From: Centroscyllium fabricii | Lineage: Eukaryota | NCBI GenBank assembly: GCA_051313645.2 | Contig: JBNRSN020000024.1 | Coordinates: 40,920,001-40,984,000, forward strand | Direction of reading: 5' to 3' | Length of the DNA: 64,000 nt | Shown here: positions 42,866 through 56,766 of the stretch, one piece after another | How positions within the stretch are numbered: position 1 is the stretch's first letter | Layout of the letters: the number at the start of each line of letters is the position of its first letter | Translations under genes and position numbers: made by a program | The notes under the pieces: generated by a model | What the model was told of the DNA's origin: nothing | The model's input: the letters and a program-made list of their open reading frames with translations, nothing else | Databases searched by the model: none

Positions 42866-43896
42866 CGGAGGAAACAATGTTGGCTCCAGGTGTCCACTGC
42901 AGGTAATAGCCCATCACACCCACTAACAAATTACCCTTGACAGATGGAAGCACTATAGAAACACAACTGACATTTGGACTAATGTCTCAAGGTGTGATTC
43001 TTAAAAGGGCAAGAAAAGAGCGCACACATGCAAAAATCAAAATATCAATCTCCTGTTACTTACGCTTCACCTACTGGGGTGAGTGAGCAGGACAGACTTA
43101 AATAACTTGCCGCATGCATCAATGGTAATAAAAGCCTTTATTTAACAAAAAAGAAATCCTCTCTTCCCATGTCCCCAAAATAGGAAAATTCAAAATAATT
43201 GATAAAGTAATTGAGTGAGTAATTGAATGAGTGATTGAGCGATCTTTCTCTCTGTGCTGCCACACTTGCGAAAGATTACCCAGATTCTCTGTGCTTTTTT
43301 ACGTGTGCTTCTCTCTTTAATATAAATAGTATTACAGATACATAGATAGTTTTCCTTTTCATCCTTAATATTGTCGTATTTATTTCAAGGTATTTTTGCT
43401 TTTTTAAATTCTGATTGGACCATCAGTAACCGTAGTGAGTGATGAAGCGTATGTACTGCTGTCTTGAAGCAATTGCACGTCAACAAAGCTAAAGTCACTG
43501 GAATTGCAGTAAAGCAGCATGATTGGTGTGCAGTGTCCACACTCCCAGTAGGGAGCTGTGCTCAGAGAGTGTGTGTGGAGGGGAGGGTAGAGCTACAGCT
43601 CTGTGGTTAATGGGCAGTCACTAGTGATGGGAGTTATGTGAAATGATGAATTAAGAATAATAATGGCTGAGATGAGAAATGTCTCGCTGGTGCATTTTGG
43701 CTCAAGTGCTATTTTTCGTGTAACTTGATTTTCAAGGCAAGGGGTGGGGGCTGGGGTCGTGAAAGTGTCAGAGAGAAACTTCCCAAAGATTTCCTGAAAT
43801 TGCCATTGTATGTTGCCTCTCTCAGGTGATTGACCTGGGAGGGGGTTAGAGGCTGATCTATTCACGGGCTAGTTTTCATGTATTGGCGCTAAATAT

Positions 43897-44541
43897 TAAG
43901 AACATAAGAAGTAGGAGCAGGAGTAGGCCATATGGCCCTTCATGCCTGCTCTGCCATTCAATAGGATCATGGCTGATCCAAACTTAGATTCATGTCCACT
44001 TCCCTGCCTGTTCCCCGTAACCCCTTATTCCCTTATCAGCTAGGAAGCTGTCTATTTCTGATTTAAATTTATTTAATGTCCCAGCTTCCACAGCTCGCTG
44101 AGGCAGCAAATTCCACAGACTCACCACCCTCTGAGTGAAGAAATTCCTCCTCATCTCAGTTTTGAAAGGGCAGCCCCTTATTCTCAGATTATGCCCCCTA
44201 GTTCTAGTCTCACCCATCAGTGGAAACATCCTCATCGCATCCACGCGATCAAGCCCCCTCACAATCTTACATGTTTCGATAAGATCGCCTCTTACTCTTC
44301 TGAACTCCAATGAGTAGAGGCCCAACCTACTCAACCTTTCCTCATAAGTCAACCCCCTCATCTCCGGAATCAACCGAGTGAATCTTCTCTGAACTGCCTC
44401 GAGAGCAAGTATATCCTTTCTCAAATATGGAAACCAAAACTGTACGCAGTATTCTAGATGTGGCCTCACCAGTACCCTGTATAACTGCAGCAAGACCTCC
44501 CTGTTTTTATACTCCATCCCCCTTGCAATAAAAGCCAAGAT
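43897..44541 (-). mobile_element. CR1 3' fragment
   Basis: ORF 43990-44538 YRVLVRPHLEYCVQFW...FFTQRVVSLWN; TTCTTATGTTCTTA tail. Confidence 0.92.
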
Positions 44542-44765
44542 TCTAAATATTCCCCATGATAATGCTGCTTAATATGGATTAAAAAATACGTACAGTTTTT
44601 GTGTGAAAAACCTGTTATCTCAGGACCAGAACAAAAATTAAAGCAATATAGAACATCATTAATCAATCCTCCCCTCAAAACAGGCAGAGATAAAAACTAG
44701 CCGCCTTTTAATTTGTGATACAAATCCCATGTGATCTGTTAGGGTGCTGCCCAGTCTTTTTCTGA

Positions 44766-44880
44766 TGAGGAGGTGCCGGTGTTGGACTGGGGTGGACAAA
44801 TGCAAGAAGTCACACAACACCAGGTTATAGTCCAACAGTTTTATTTTAAATCACAAGCTTTCGGAGCGCTGCTCCTTCCA
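44766..44880 (-). mobile_element. Penelope family A terminal fragment
   Basis: Same sequence as 60723-60838; 14-bp TSD CAGTCTTTTTCTGA; truncated inside the hammerhead core. Confidence 0.8.
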
Positions 44881-46120
44881 CAGTCTTTTTCTGAATGTGT
44901 TCAGATAAATTTCTGATTTGCAGTGTGTTGGGGATTGTGGGTGTCAGTAGATTCAGCTTGTATAGAGATGGCACACCTTCAATCTAAACGCAGTGTCTGA
45001 AGGCGGTGTGCTAATAGCAAACCTATCATTCCCTCATTGTTAGAAATGATCCCTTCTGTTTGACTGCACTGCAATCCCCGAAACAAATACATTCACCTAA
45101 TAGTAGGCAGTCCAGGGTTTACTGAGTGCTGCTGAGCTTAGCATCAGTTTTGTGAAATCCAGTCTACACCCTTTTCATGCAACTAATTATCCGGAACCTC
45201 AGCGATTTGGTTCTCCTTGTCCTATCTCCACCTCTGGCATTTAGGTCTGTGCATACATTTGCTTATTGTGCAGCTGCTGACATTTTTGCAAACCAACTGT
45301 CATACTCCAATTGATTCTGCGTCACCCAATTAAAGTTTACCGGCTCCACTGAAGAACAGGTGAGTCAGCAATGCTTCCACAAGAGCAAGTAACTGTGGAT
45401 TTGTACTGCAGGCTCTTTCCCTGTTTGTCCCACTTCTCTCGCAAGAGCCATTCTCACATGATGTCAATTTGCTACATTGCAGTAAATCCAAAATGGCTGA
45501 AGACCGCAAGCCGACCTCCGTATTTTCAATTAAAAAATGCTTTGCAAGAGTCTCTATGTGAGGATTGGATGATTCAGACATCAGTACTGAAAAAATCATG
45601 GTAGATTTGCAATCCATTGCCACGTTAGATCCAAATGGTTTCACAGCCATTCAACATATCCGTTAAAAACCTGCACAAGTGAAACTGGCCTATTTACAGT
45701 CATTCGCAAGTGGAGATTTTCATCCTGTGACACGGCTGGCCAGTATATGTTGTATTTAAAACAAGTGTATTAGGTGGTCATCTGTAAGGAATGAAAGTTT
45801 TTTTTGTAGTCTAAGAAATTACTAAGCTGTTTCTCACATCAATGTGTCATTGAGATGTCATTCCTATAGAAATATGATTATTTCCACACACGAATGTGAA
45901 AAGGAGCTAGCACATGGCCACGGCCCTCGTACAGATATGTTAAACTGTTTCACGGCCTGTCCTTCTCCAACAGGGTAATAATGAACGTCACAAAGGAAAC
46001 TGAACCCCAGTTGTGTTTTCAGGCATTTATTGTGATTTCTGAAGCAATAGATCCACAAAAACTTTTACCAGTTGGAGAGACAAAGGCCACATAAACCGCT
46101 GTCCCTCATTCTAGGATAAT

Positions 46121-46876
46121 GGCCCAGAAATTCCGGTCGCCCCGGGTGAGTACGCGCTGGGTACTCACTCGCAGGCCCATCCGAAGTGCCGGTTTCATGC
46201 ATGCACAGCGCATGCGCGCAAAACCGGCACTTCCGATCACCTGACAGAAGGGGTCAGGGGTCGGAACGCGTGCGCGTCAGCGGGTGTGCAATGTACTTGT
46301 GATTTTTTTTTACAGGTTTTTATCTGAGTAAGTATTAGAAAAAGTTACGTCTGCTTTTTTCAAGCGCAAAAGCCCCTTTTCAGAAGGTAAGTGGTGAATT
46401 AATTCAATTAAAAAAAAAATTCCACAGATTTTTCATTTTTAAATACTTTAAAGAAAGGTAAGTTGACTTTTAGCCCTGTTAAATACTTTAATTATTTTTT
46501 TCAAAATTTTTAATTTTTGTTTAAAATAGCTAATTTATGTAATTGATAGTTATTTTAAAAATGTGATTTCAAAAAAATTATTTTAAGATTTACTGAGGTT
46601 TTGGGGCTTGTAGTATTCATAAATGTGACAGGTCTTCCTGTCAAACTTATGAATGGAGCATTCTGTGCTCCGATTGGCTCTCCGTGGCCCACATGATCCC
46701 ACGCAAAGCCTCACACTATCTTCGCCGCTGGGATCCAGGAGCGCGGCGCGCCGGCACTTCGGGAAGGCCCCGCATCGGGATTCCATGCGGGGGCGCAGCT
46801 CAACGGCCGGCGTGGTAGGTAAGTGCAGGTTGGAGGCTTGCACTCGCGGGAAGCCTCCAACCCGAATTTCTGGGCC
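46121..46876. mobile_element. MITE with TSD AAT
   Basis: TIR GGCCCAGAAATTC / GAATTTCTGGGCC; GC-rich arms around an AT-rich centre. Confidence 0.85.
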
Positions 46877-47367
46877 AATGTTTCATCCAAGGAATGGCAC
46901 CTCTGACAATGTTATATTTCATCGGTACTGCCCACAAACTTCCCTCCCCCTCAATCACTCCTCATTCTGTTCTTAAGTTAAATTAAGTTCATTCTTCTTT
47001 AACGCCTCAGACTATTCTGTTGCCTGGACATGAATTTTCCTGTTAAAACTCATCAGTAAATCTTGGTATTCAGAGATCTACAGCATCTGGATACAGTTTA
47101 TCCTGATGATATAACTGTCATTATTTAAATGAAATTAAATTATTTTTTTGAAAGGTACTGAATTGTTTCAACCCACTTAATAAATAATAAAGTCAGAGGA
47201 TATGCTGGTTTATAATGACAGGATCTGTTTTATGACACCTGCAACATACAGTGTATTGTTATATTCATAACAGAGGGTTTACATTGTGATAGCCATTTCT
47301 TAATAGCCTAAAATGGAGTGCTTTGAAAAAGGCTATCAAGTCTAATTGGACCAGCTCACCTGTTGGG

Positions 47368-47676
47368 ATCATAGAATCATAGAATCCCTACAGTGCAGAT
47401 AGAGGCCATTTCGGCCCATCGAGCCTGCACCAACACATATCCCACCCTAACCCCATAACCCCACATATTCAATCCCCCTAACACTAAGGGTCAATTTATC
47501 ATGGTCAATCAACCTAACCCGCACATCTTTGGACTGTGGGAGGAAACCGGAGCACCCGAAGGAAACCCACGCAGACACGGGGAGAATGTGCAAACTCCAC
47601 ACAGATAGTCACCCGAGGCCAGATTTGAACCTAGCGCTGTGAGGCAACAGTGCTAACCACTATGCCACCGTGCCGC
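47368..47676 (-). mobile_element. V-SINE (HE1-like)
   Basis: Near-identical to 17470-17782; CCTGTTG duplicated in the flanks. Confidence 0.9.
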
Positions 47677-48385
47677 CCTGTTGTAAATAAACATATCCCA
47701 AGGTTAGTTCAAGGCTAATTGCTCTTGCTCAAGGAAATCTTTGTTAAAAAAAAACACTTTCTATTGAAAGATGCTGCCTGTTCATCAATAGGTTCTCGAT
47801 GTGTTCAGTTGTGATTTGTTAATTTTATCAATATGATACTGAACCATTCGTGCGCAACTGTGACAAACTCTCCATGTGTGACTCTTTCATGTGTGACAAA
47901 TTTTACCCTGAGTTGTGATGGATATGCTGGAGGCAAGATTTTTATTATACGTCCTAATCTGTGATTAGCATATCTAGTGATTCTCCCTGCCCTTTTTTCT
48001 CTATTCTTACTAAAATGTCTGTTTACCTCCACATCATATCTTTTAATCAGTTTTGAAGAGCAGCATATTCATTTAAGCACAATCCAAAGCTCAAATTGTC
48101 AAACCAACCGAAGAGGCCTGAGACCTAGCGTGCATATCTGAAGTTTAACTTACAAAAGGCAACATGCAGAAACAAGAGCACTGGATACACAGGGAACTGG
48201 TGCCCATGAGTGTGAGCTCAGCATGAGCTCCCCCCAACAAAGAGAGGACAAACGCCTCATCACCACATCGCCGCACACTGAATTCTTCACCTCAAGCCTA
48301 CTGGGAGCTTTTCCCTCCAGAATGAATTTCCCACTGTGAGAAATTGGCAACAGATGACAGTCAGGATCTTTGAATTTGGTATTCA

Positions 48386-49331
48386 AATGACTTGGAGGAC
48401 GGGACTGAGGGGTGGGTCAGCAAATTTGCAGATGAAACAAAGATTGGGGGAGTAGTGGACGAGGAGGAAGGAAGTAGAAGGCTTCAGAGGGATATAGATA
48501 GGATGCAGAGCTGGGCTGAAGAATGGCAAATGGAGTTCAACACGGGGAAATGCGAGGTGATACACTTCAGTAGGGCAAATAGGAATATGGAATATAGGGT
48601 CAACGGCAGGGTCCTGAGCGAAGCAGAGGAGCAAAGGGATCTGGGAGTATATGTACACAGATCATTGAAGGCTGCCACCCAGGTGGATAAGGCAGTAAAA
48701 AAGGCCTATGGTGTATTGGCTTTCATCAACAGGGGATTAGAGTTTAAGAACCGGGAGGTCATGCTACAACTGTACAGGTCACTGGTGAGACCACACTTGG
48801 AGTACTGCGTGCAGTTCTGGGCACCGTACTACAGGAGGGATGTGGAGGCGTTGGAGAGGGTACAGAGGAGATTCACCAGGATGCTGCCGGGAATGAGGGG
48901 AAAGTCGTACGAGGAGAGGTTGAGGGAGCTGGGACTCTTCTCCCTGTAACAGAGAAGGAAGAGGGGGGACTTGATAGAGGTGTTCAAGATGATGAAGGGG
49001 ATCGATAGAGTAGACGTGCAGAGACTGTTTCCCCGCGTGGGAAGAACGACAACAAGAGGGCACGAACAAAAGATTCAAGGAGGAAGATTCAGAAGGGATG
49101 GCAGGGGCAAGTTCTTCACACAGAGAGTGGTCGGGGAGTGGAATAGGCTACCATCTGAAATAGTGGATGCGGACAGTCTGGAAGCTTTTAAAAGGATGAT
49201 AGATAGGTACATGGAGGGGAAGGAAGAGTAGGGTCGACAGGAAAAATTAGAGACGGACTAAGCGCGGCACTACTTTGAGGGCCCAAGGGCCTGTACAGTG
49301 CTGTATAATCTATGTTCTATGTTCTATTCTA
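48386..49331 (+). mobile_element. CR1 3' fragment, sibling of 5662-7636
   Basis: Almost identical peptide EGWVSKFAD...IDRYMEGKEE with one internal stop; same 3' UTR. Confidence 0.93.
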
Positions 49332-49899
49332 TCTGGGAAACCATCCTCCATTACTGGAACTATCTTCCTTCCATTTTCTGCTGTTATTTTCTCCTGTTTA
49401 GTCATCATTTCTCAACCCAAAAAGGTCGGAACACAGCCTGTGCTCAAAGCCCATGCCTTCTTCAATGTTACTCTGCAACCAGGCAGCCAAAGGTGCGCAA
49501 CAGTATTCAAGGGCACATTAACCACAAATTTTCACTGCACCTCAGTATGCCATCTCCGCCCAAACCACCAGCCAAGATGGGAAATTAACTGTATGTGGAA
49601 TCATAGGTAAAACTCCAGTCTCCACGAACAGGGCATGCAAACACCAAAACGCCATACAAACAGGGCACTTATTATGCTTCAATGTTTAAAAGGATTACAT
49701 TGCAAAGATTTGCTTTTTGGCAGATCAGAGTGAAAGTCCCCGCAAAGCCCACAGAAGAATGGCTACCTTTTCAATATCTGCAAGACCAGAGCGGAAAGAA
49801 TTGTACAGTACAAAGGACCCCTACACAGATAGTTTATCAGGATGCTAACAGTCACATCCCTATACCTCACAGACAATGTCTACGCACAACCATTTAATG

Positions 49900-50099
49900 T
49901 AAGAAGTCACACAAACACCTGGTTATAGTCCAACAGCTTTATTTGAAATCACAAGCTTTCGGAGCGCTGCTCCTTCCTCAGGTGGAGCAGCGCTCCGAAA
50001 GCTTGGGATTTCAAATAAAGCTGTTGGACTATAACCTGGTGTTTGTGTGACTTCTTGCATTTTTCCACCCCAGTCCAACACCGGCACCTCCACATCATT
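49900..50099. mobile_element. Palindromic Penelope family A fragment
   Basis: Inverted arms; 14-bp TSD ACAACCATTTAATG (49886-49899, 50100-50113); hammerhead motif CTGAGGA..GAAAGCTT on the minus strand. Confidence 0.85.
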
Positions 50100-51178
50100 A
50101 CAACCATTTAATGCACAGGCAGAATGGCAGCTACAATGTGCATTTTTTAAATATGTAGATTGCCTTTTGTGGACATCCTTGCCAACTAACAGCCATATTT
50201 AAATTGCAAAGCATTTTAAGTTAGAAAGATGAAGACTTTCCTGTGTCAGTTTAAACTATCAGTGTCATCATAGCACATGCAGGCTTTGTGGAGCTGACAT
50301 TTATCTCCCAGAGCAAAGCTATAGAGTGCCATCTAGCTAGCGTTAGGTTTTAGTGTGGTTGCAGAGCTCTCTTCAGCAGCTATGTCTTGAGGAGGAGGTC
50401 TATAGAGTTATAAATGACTGTTCTACGGCTGTAGTGGGATTGAGGGGTTCAGCTGTTCTTGGGAACTTTATCAACAAAGCTCAGCCATCTGAATGCTTAG
50501 ATGATGTTACAAGCTTCTAATGTTCTCACACCCCTTGGGTCTGCCAATCTGCACCTCAGAAAAACTCCAGTCACTCTGCACCGAGGAGTCATGACATTTC
50601 TTCCCGCCTGCCTTACTTGGCAGTGGTCCCAGGATGTGAAACCCACGAGAGCAGCATGTGACAGTCGCGTATTACACCCCTTGCGTTGCACACAGCCTCT
50701 TATCCTGCTTATATTAAACGGTTGACAAAATCCAGTCGTGAAAGTGCACTGCAACCAGCTCAAACTGCTCAGCAGCTTTCACGAATGCAAAGTAGCAAAG
50801 TGTGGTAGTCCCGCATTGGCGGCATTTTCAGCAGGACTGAGTCAGTCTGTTTCACAGATCACATGCCCCATCGCACAAAAACTGGTGGTGATGATGATGT
50901 CATGCAGGATACAGGGAAGCCCAGAGCCAAATCTACCCTCCAAGGCAGGCTCGGTTATCCGTTACATGAGCCAGTCAGATACACAGTACCCTAGGACACT
51001 GCTGGCGATTGAAGAGCCAGCCTAACCCACAACAGAGATTTGGAGGGGTATACAATACAGATCACTGGGAAAACAGAGACTCCATATTGAGCAACCAGAG
51101 GAGCTACCTGTGTGCAATGTCTCAGTAGCTTGGCTTGGAGGTGCTTTAGCACCATTATGGGATTTTTTTTGACACGTA

Positions 51179-52583
51179 GGCGGCAATTTTGCCAGCCCTG
51201 GGGAGGCAGGTGTGGAGGCAGGACGGCCGGGAAAATGGCAGAATTTGGGGACGGGTGCCCAACCCGTCCCCAAACCGCCCCCGTGCCATATTCCCAGGAG
51301 GCAGGTAGCCGTCCCACGCCGGGTCCCATCCCTTTGGAGGCAGGAAGGGATTACAGCCTATTAACTGCCTGTTAACAGGTAGAAAACAGGCAGGAAATAA
51401 GATTATCCCGTTTTTGCCCTTGCAAGCGCAGGCTCCCCGAAGCCTCCAAAACACGCCAGTGAGGCGAGTAGTGGGTCTGCGGGGGTCAAGGGGGTGCAAA
51501 AGTGTGGTGTGAACGTTAGTGATGGGTGCAGGAGTGGAGAGGTGAGTATCTGAGTTAAGTGCAAAGTGTTATTAAATTGTACTTAGCTTTGTTCCTTCCT
51601 GCAGGCTTCAGTTGGTGCGTATGCGGAGAGTCTCGCACCTCTGCGTTGGAAATGACAGGTGGTCATTACATTCTCAGATGCAACAACCATCTCATTTCTG
51701 TAAAAGAAAGATGTTTGATGAGGTCTTGAATTCAAGACCTCATCAAACTACAGAGAATGTCACTGTTTGACACCTTCACAGAGCGGTCAAATGATGACAA
51801 TTCATCTGTCAAAAATTTTTGTCAGATGAAACATCATATGTTGACATTCTCTGTGAAGGCCCTGTCACACCTAGACGATTTAGCCAGCGTATGCAAATTT
51901 GGCTAAAACGCTGGTTTACGTCGGATACGTTATGGGTACGTTATGCATACGTTAAGAGCACGCTGGCATACGCTGGGCATATGTTGCATACGTCGTTGTA
52001 CTTCGCGTAAGTCGAGAATTTTTGAGCATGCACAAAAAATCTCGACTTATCCAGCGTATGACTCATACGTTCCGCATACGCTGGCCATACGTTGTAGGCA
52101 CGTTAGGCGATCGTTGACACATGTTGACACACGTTACTTGTAAGTTAGTCATAAGTCAAAAGACGTAGAGATAATTTCTAAGCGTACCCGGAACTTATTT
52201 CTAACCTATGAGTAACGTGCTTTGAACCTATGTGTAACGTATCTCCAACGCATATTGACGACCACAGAACTTACTGACCGTGTTTGCTACCGTATAATAC
52301 GTTACGTTATGCATACGTCCAACTCGTTATGAATACGCTATTAAACGCCCAAAGTTCAGCGTTACCCAGCGTTTTAGCCAAATTTGCATATGCTGGCTAA
52401 AACGTCTAGGTGTGACAGGGCCTTGACCGGCTTCCCCTTAATTGGTCTGCTATGCCTGCTGGGCGGGCTTAACAAGATCAATCAAGGGAAAATGGGTTGG
52501 CCATAAGTTGTTGGAGGCGGGACTAAAACTCGACAAGTGAGAGTCCTGCCTCCAAAAGCTTCCCATTGTCAAAATCACCCCCC
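51179..52583. mobile_element. MITE (same family as 54114-55330) hosting a Harbinger MITE
   Basis: Ends GGCGGCAATTTTG / CAAAATCACCCCC; colinear with 54114-55330. Confidence 0.78.
51857..52423. mobile_element. PIF/Harbinger-type MITE, second copy of 20474-21030
   Basis: Long TIRs; perfect TSD TGA. Confidence 0.92.
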
Positions 52584-54113
52584 AGTTGGCCAAGAAAATG
52601 TACAATACTGAACAATGTGAAATCCAGTGTCGATGCTGCACTCTCTTTCTTAATGATATATAAATCACTCTGGGTAAGATGACAGAATGCATAAGTAACT
52701 TCCCAGGCCACAAACAGGTGTGAAATAAGGATCAAAGCAACAGATTTTACAGAAATAAAAAGAGATCACGCACTATGGTAACCCAGCACCCACCACACGC
52801 ACCTGCGATTCCCCAACAAGTTCCCAATCTCAGTCCTGCTAGAACAGCTGCACAGCACAGGAAACATTGTAGACTAGCTGTGGTGTAGTTTTTAATGTCC
52901 TGCAGAAGAGAGATTTGGGCAAAAGATTGGGATCAAACTATTTACCTGCCTTCCTGCCCCAGGCTGGGATTGAATCGACTGGGATTGGAAGGGGGAAACA
53001 AGTCAAAGAGAGAAAGGGAGGAATGTGCAAACAGTAAAAAAAAAGGGCAAAAATAAAAGCAAATCCAATCAATCACTAGCCTACTGTTTCTCTCCCTTGT
53101 GTATGGAAACCCCGTTGTTATGTTCAGTTAGATTGTGATTGTGTCGCCCTGCAGCAATACAAGACCAAGTGAAGAATGCAGAACATGGCAGCAGCATCGC
53201 AGTACAGGGAAGAAGTGATTGTGAAAGAGAAAAACTTAAACCTGATTTATAACGTGGCAGCAGGTGATTGATTTAGGGAATGAGAGAGTTGGTTAGCAGC
53301 CAGAATAAGAAATGTCGAATCGGCTTGCGGACCAGACTGAATGAAGCAGAATGAAAGCTTCTTACAAAGACACTGACTGCAGACCAACAGCTGCCTTTTC
53401 ACAAACAGAATTCGGGTCACAACATTGAAGATACTTGTCGGATGCTGGGACTTGTACTGGATACATTAGTAAACAAGCTCAGCCACTTTTAACATCTTTA
53501 AATCATACTTAGGAAAGCATCACAGTGACAACCTTCATGTCATGTATTCATCTGTGTACCTATTAAATCGGATAAACACTTCCCCTATGAAGCCTAGACA
53601 GACATCAAATATTTTAACCCAGTACTTCCAATGCAGAGATGGCGTGGGGCCTAAGAGTAATTACCACTGAACATGTCAGGCAGGAGTTTGATACCATTCC
53701 AGTTTATTGAAGCATATCACGATCCATTTCTGTTCACCTTTCCCCTTTGTGTCTCACTGTAAAACCCATCAGTACAGGATTACAATGAAGCAACACGTTC
53801 TAATGTTTTTTAATAGCGTAACTTCATTCTGTAACCTATTATACGAGACAATGCAAGGTGAGCACCCGAGTCGAAGTTCCACCTACACTACTGTGTCTCT
53901 TAAAGAATTACAAATGCAATCAAAGGCTGTGCAATGTCAGGTATTACTGTTTCATTTCCATTTATTTGTGGAAGTATACTGTAGGGCAGAATATCTTTGG
54001 TTATTCTACTTTAAAGGACAGACTTTAGGAACTGCGAGCCAGAAAGTGGTTCTGGCTTGTAGCAGTAAGAAGGTTTTTCATGCCAACAGAATTAGAATTA
54101 ACAGTGACACTAT

Positions 54114-55330
54114 GGGGGCGATTTTGTCAGCCTTGGGGAGGCGGGTATGGAGGTGGGACTGCCGGGAAAATGGCAGAATTTGGCGTCGGGTGCTAAACCC
54201 GCCCGCAACCTGCCTCCATGCCACTGTGCCAGGAGGCAGGTTGCCGTCCCACAGTGGGTCCCATCTCCCTGGCGGCGGGAAGGAATTAAAGCCTATTAAG
54301 TGCCTGTTAACAGGTAGTACACAGGCAGAAAATAGGGTCATCCCCATTTTGCCTTCACAAGTGCGGGCTTCCCGAAGACTCCAAAACCTACCAGCAAGGC
54401 GAGGCAAGTGTTGGGTCTGCGGGTACAAAAGTGTGGTGTGAAGGTAAGTGATGGGTGCAAGAGTGTAGAGGTGAGTATCTGAGGTAAGTGCAAAGTGTTG
54501 GTAAAAGTGTACTTAACTTTGTTTCTTCCTGCAGGCTTCAGTCGGTTTGTATGCGGAGAGTCTCGGACCTCCGTGTTGCAGATGGGAGATGACTATGCAT
54601 TCTCAGATACAGCAACCATCTCATTTCTGTAAAAGAAAGAAGGTTGATGAGGTCTTGTATACAAGACCTCATCAAATTGCAAAGATTGTCACTGTTTGAC
54701 AGCTTCATGGCGGCACGGTGGCATAGTGATTAGCACTGTTGCCTTACAGCACTAGAGACCCGGGTTCAAATCCAGCCTCGGGTACTATCTGTGTGGAGTT
54801 TGCACATTCTCCCCGTGTCTGCGTGGGTTTCCTCCGGGTGCTCCGGTTTCCTCCCACAGTCCAAAGATGTGCGGGTTAGGTTGATTGGCCAGGATAAATT
54901 GACCCTTAGTGTTCGGGGGATTAAATATGTGGGGTTACAGGGATAGGGTGGGAATATGTGGAGTTATGGGGATAGGGTGGGATATGTCTCGGTGCAGGCT
55001 CGATAGGGATCGAGGGATATGGGGACAAGGGAGGGACAGGGTACTGGGTTTGGATGATCAGCCATGATCTCATTGAATGGCGGAGCAGACTCGAAGGGCC
55101 AAATGGCCTACTCCTGCTCCTATCTTCTATGTTTCTATGTTTCACAGAATACATTGACGTTCTCTGTCACCAGATTTCCCTTAATTGGCCTGCTGATCCC
55201 ACTGGGCAGGCTTAACAAGGTCAATCAAGGGAAAATAGTGTGGATTGGCCGCAAGTCAATGGAGGTGGGACTAAAACCTGACAAGCAGCAGGCCCGCCTC
55301 CAACGCGCCCCCAGTCACAAAATCGCCCCC
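54114..55330. mobile_element. MITE with TSD TAT hosting a V-SINE
   Basis: Perfect 13-bp TIR GGGGGCGATTTTG / CAAAATCGCCCCC. Confidence 0.85.
54708..55140 (+). mobile_element. V-SINE with an alternative, longer CR1 tail
   Basis: HE1-like head and V domain, then GATCAGCCATGATCTCATTGAATGGCGG...CCTATCTTCTATGTTTCTATG. Confidence 0.88.
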
Positions 55331-55391
55331 TATAGTTCTTAAAAATGTTCACTTTTGTACATGACATATTACAATCAGCTCTCGGTAACAA

Positions 55392-55840
55392 GTTCAAAGT
55401 TCAAGTTCAAGTTTATTGTCACATGTACTAAATACAATCTAGACAGTGAAATGCTTACTGCAATCCAAACGCACCGCGCAACAACTGCACAACAAGGACA
55501 TTAAGCTGCCCGGCACGCACGGAGCCCACAAGACGTCAGCCATTCTCCGGCGCCATCATTGTTGGTCCCGTTCCTGCTCCGGCCTCTCAGTTCGATGTTA
55601 ATTGTCCTCTACCACTCCGTTAACTTGCTCTGCCGCTGTTTCTTCCATAGTTTCTCTTGACTTGACTCCTTCCGGCCCGACACCATGCCGGCTCCCCCGA
55701 ATCCACAGAGCTCTGAACTCCGGAGCAGCGTCCCAAGGCCTGGGGCTTAGCTCTCCTCCAGGCACCATCCCAGCTCCCCCGAGCTCCGAACTCCGGGCCT
55801 AAGGCCTGGGGCCTAGCCTAGTTCTCCTCCAGGCGCCAAC
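55392..55840 (-). mobile_element. Possible non-autonomous retroelement with a Rex1/Babar-like 3' tail
   Basis: Minus strand ends CATGTGACAATAAACTTGAACTTGAACTTTGAA; GC-rich upstream body; 5' boundary uncertain. Confidence 0.45.
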
Positions 55841-56766
55841 ACGTTCTTCATCAAAGCATGGAAATCCAATGCATCAACCCACTTCCCAATCACTCTAAGC
55901 TTGCCTTGTGCTCGGTCACCAAGTACGGTCACACTGCCAAATTTCACCCATACAGTAGCACAATTGAAAAATCTTCATCATTTACGTGTAGATCTAGGCA
56001 CCATAGCATCAGCTTTGAAGCCTCATGCTCCTGATCTTGGTTGATGTTTTGTAAAAATAAAAGGTGAGTGACGCAACCAGAAGCAAATTGCTCAACTCAT
56101 TAAATGGAGCTAAACAGCCATTTGCCCAAATTTCCACAATGATAAAAATTCCAGTGGGAAGAGAGAGGAGGGGAAAAAACCAAATCCTCTTACATTGAAA
56201 TAATCCTGAACACTGCACCAGTAGCAGAGGCCTAGGAGTGGGCCACCTGCCTATTCCCCCTGCCAAGAAATTCCAAAAGAATTCAGAAAGCAATGGCCAG
56301 CTTTGCGGTTTGCAATGTGAACTTCCTGGCCAGGATGGCAGTCTGTTAGAGCCTTTCTTTCCAGGACGAGGGCGCACATGCCTCATTCTCAGCGTTGCTC
56401 GACTGTCAGCAGATTTCATGGTCCATCGCAAGCTTTCTCTGAAACGTGGCTCAGACGATATTAGTGATAAAATTTGATTCGGAATTGCCCATGGCGATTT
56501 TCGCGTTAACTGCAGAAGTTGGACACGTGTAAGGGAATTTCTTCACGGATATTCAGGCCTGTTCCGATTCCAAGCAGTTGTTCTTTCCCAGTTATCAACA
56601 GCAATCTTAAAATAAACAGCTGAGAAAGAGGCTGTCTGCAAGTGCCACATGTTAACCAGAAGAGGCCTCTTAAAAGGCTATAAAGTAAACGTAACAGAAA
56701 GCCTCTATCGCAACTGTTTATTTTAAGATTACTGTTGATAATATTGCCATGTTCAGTTGTTTCTTT

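Noticed and set aside
53707-54441. 244-aa ORF
   Set aside because: Runs from unique DNA into a MITE; no recognisable domain.
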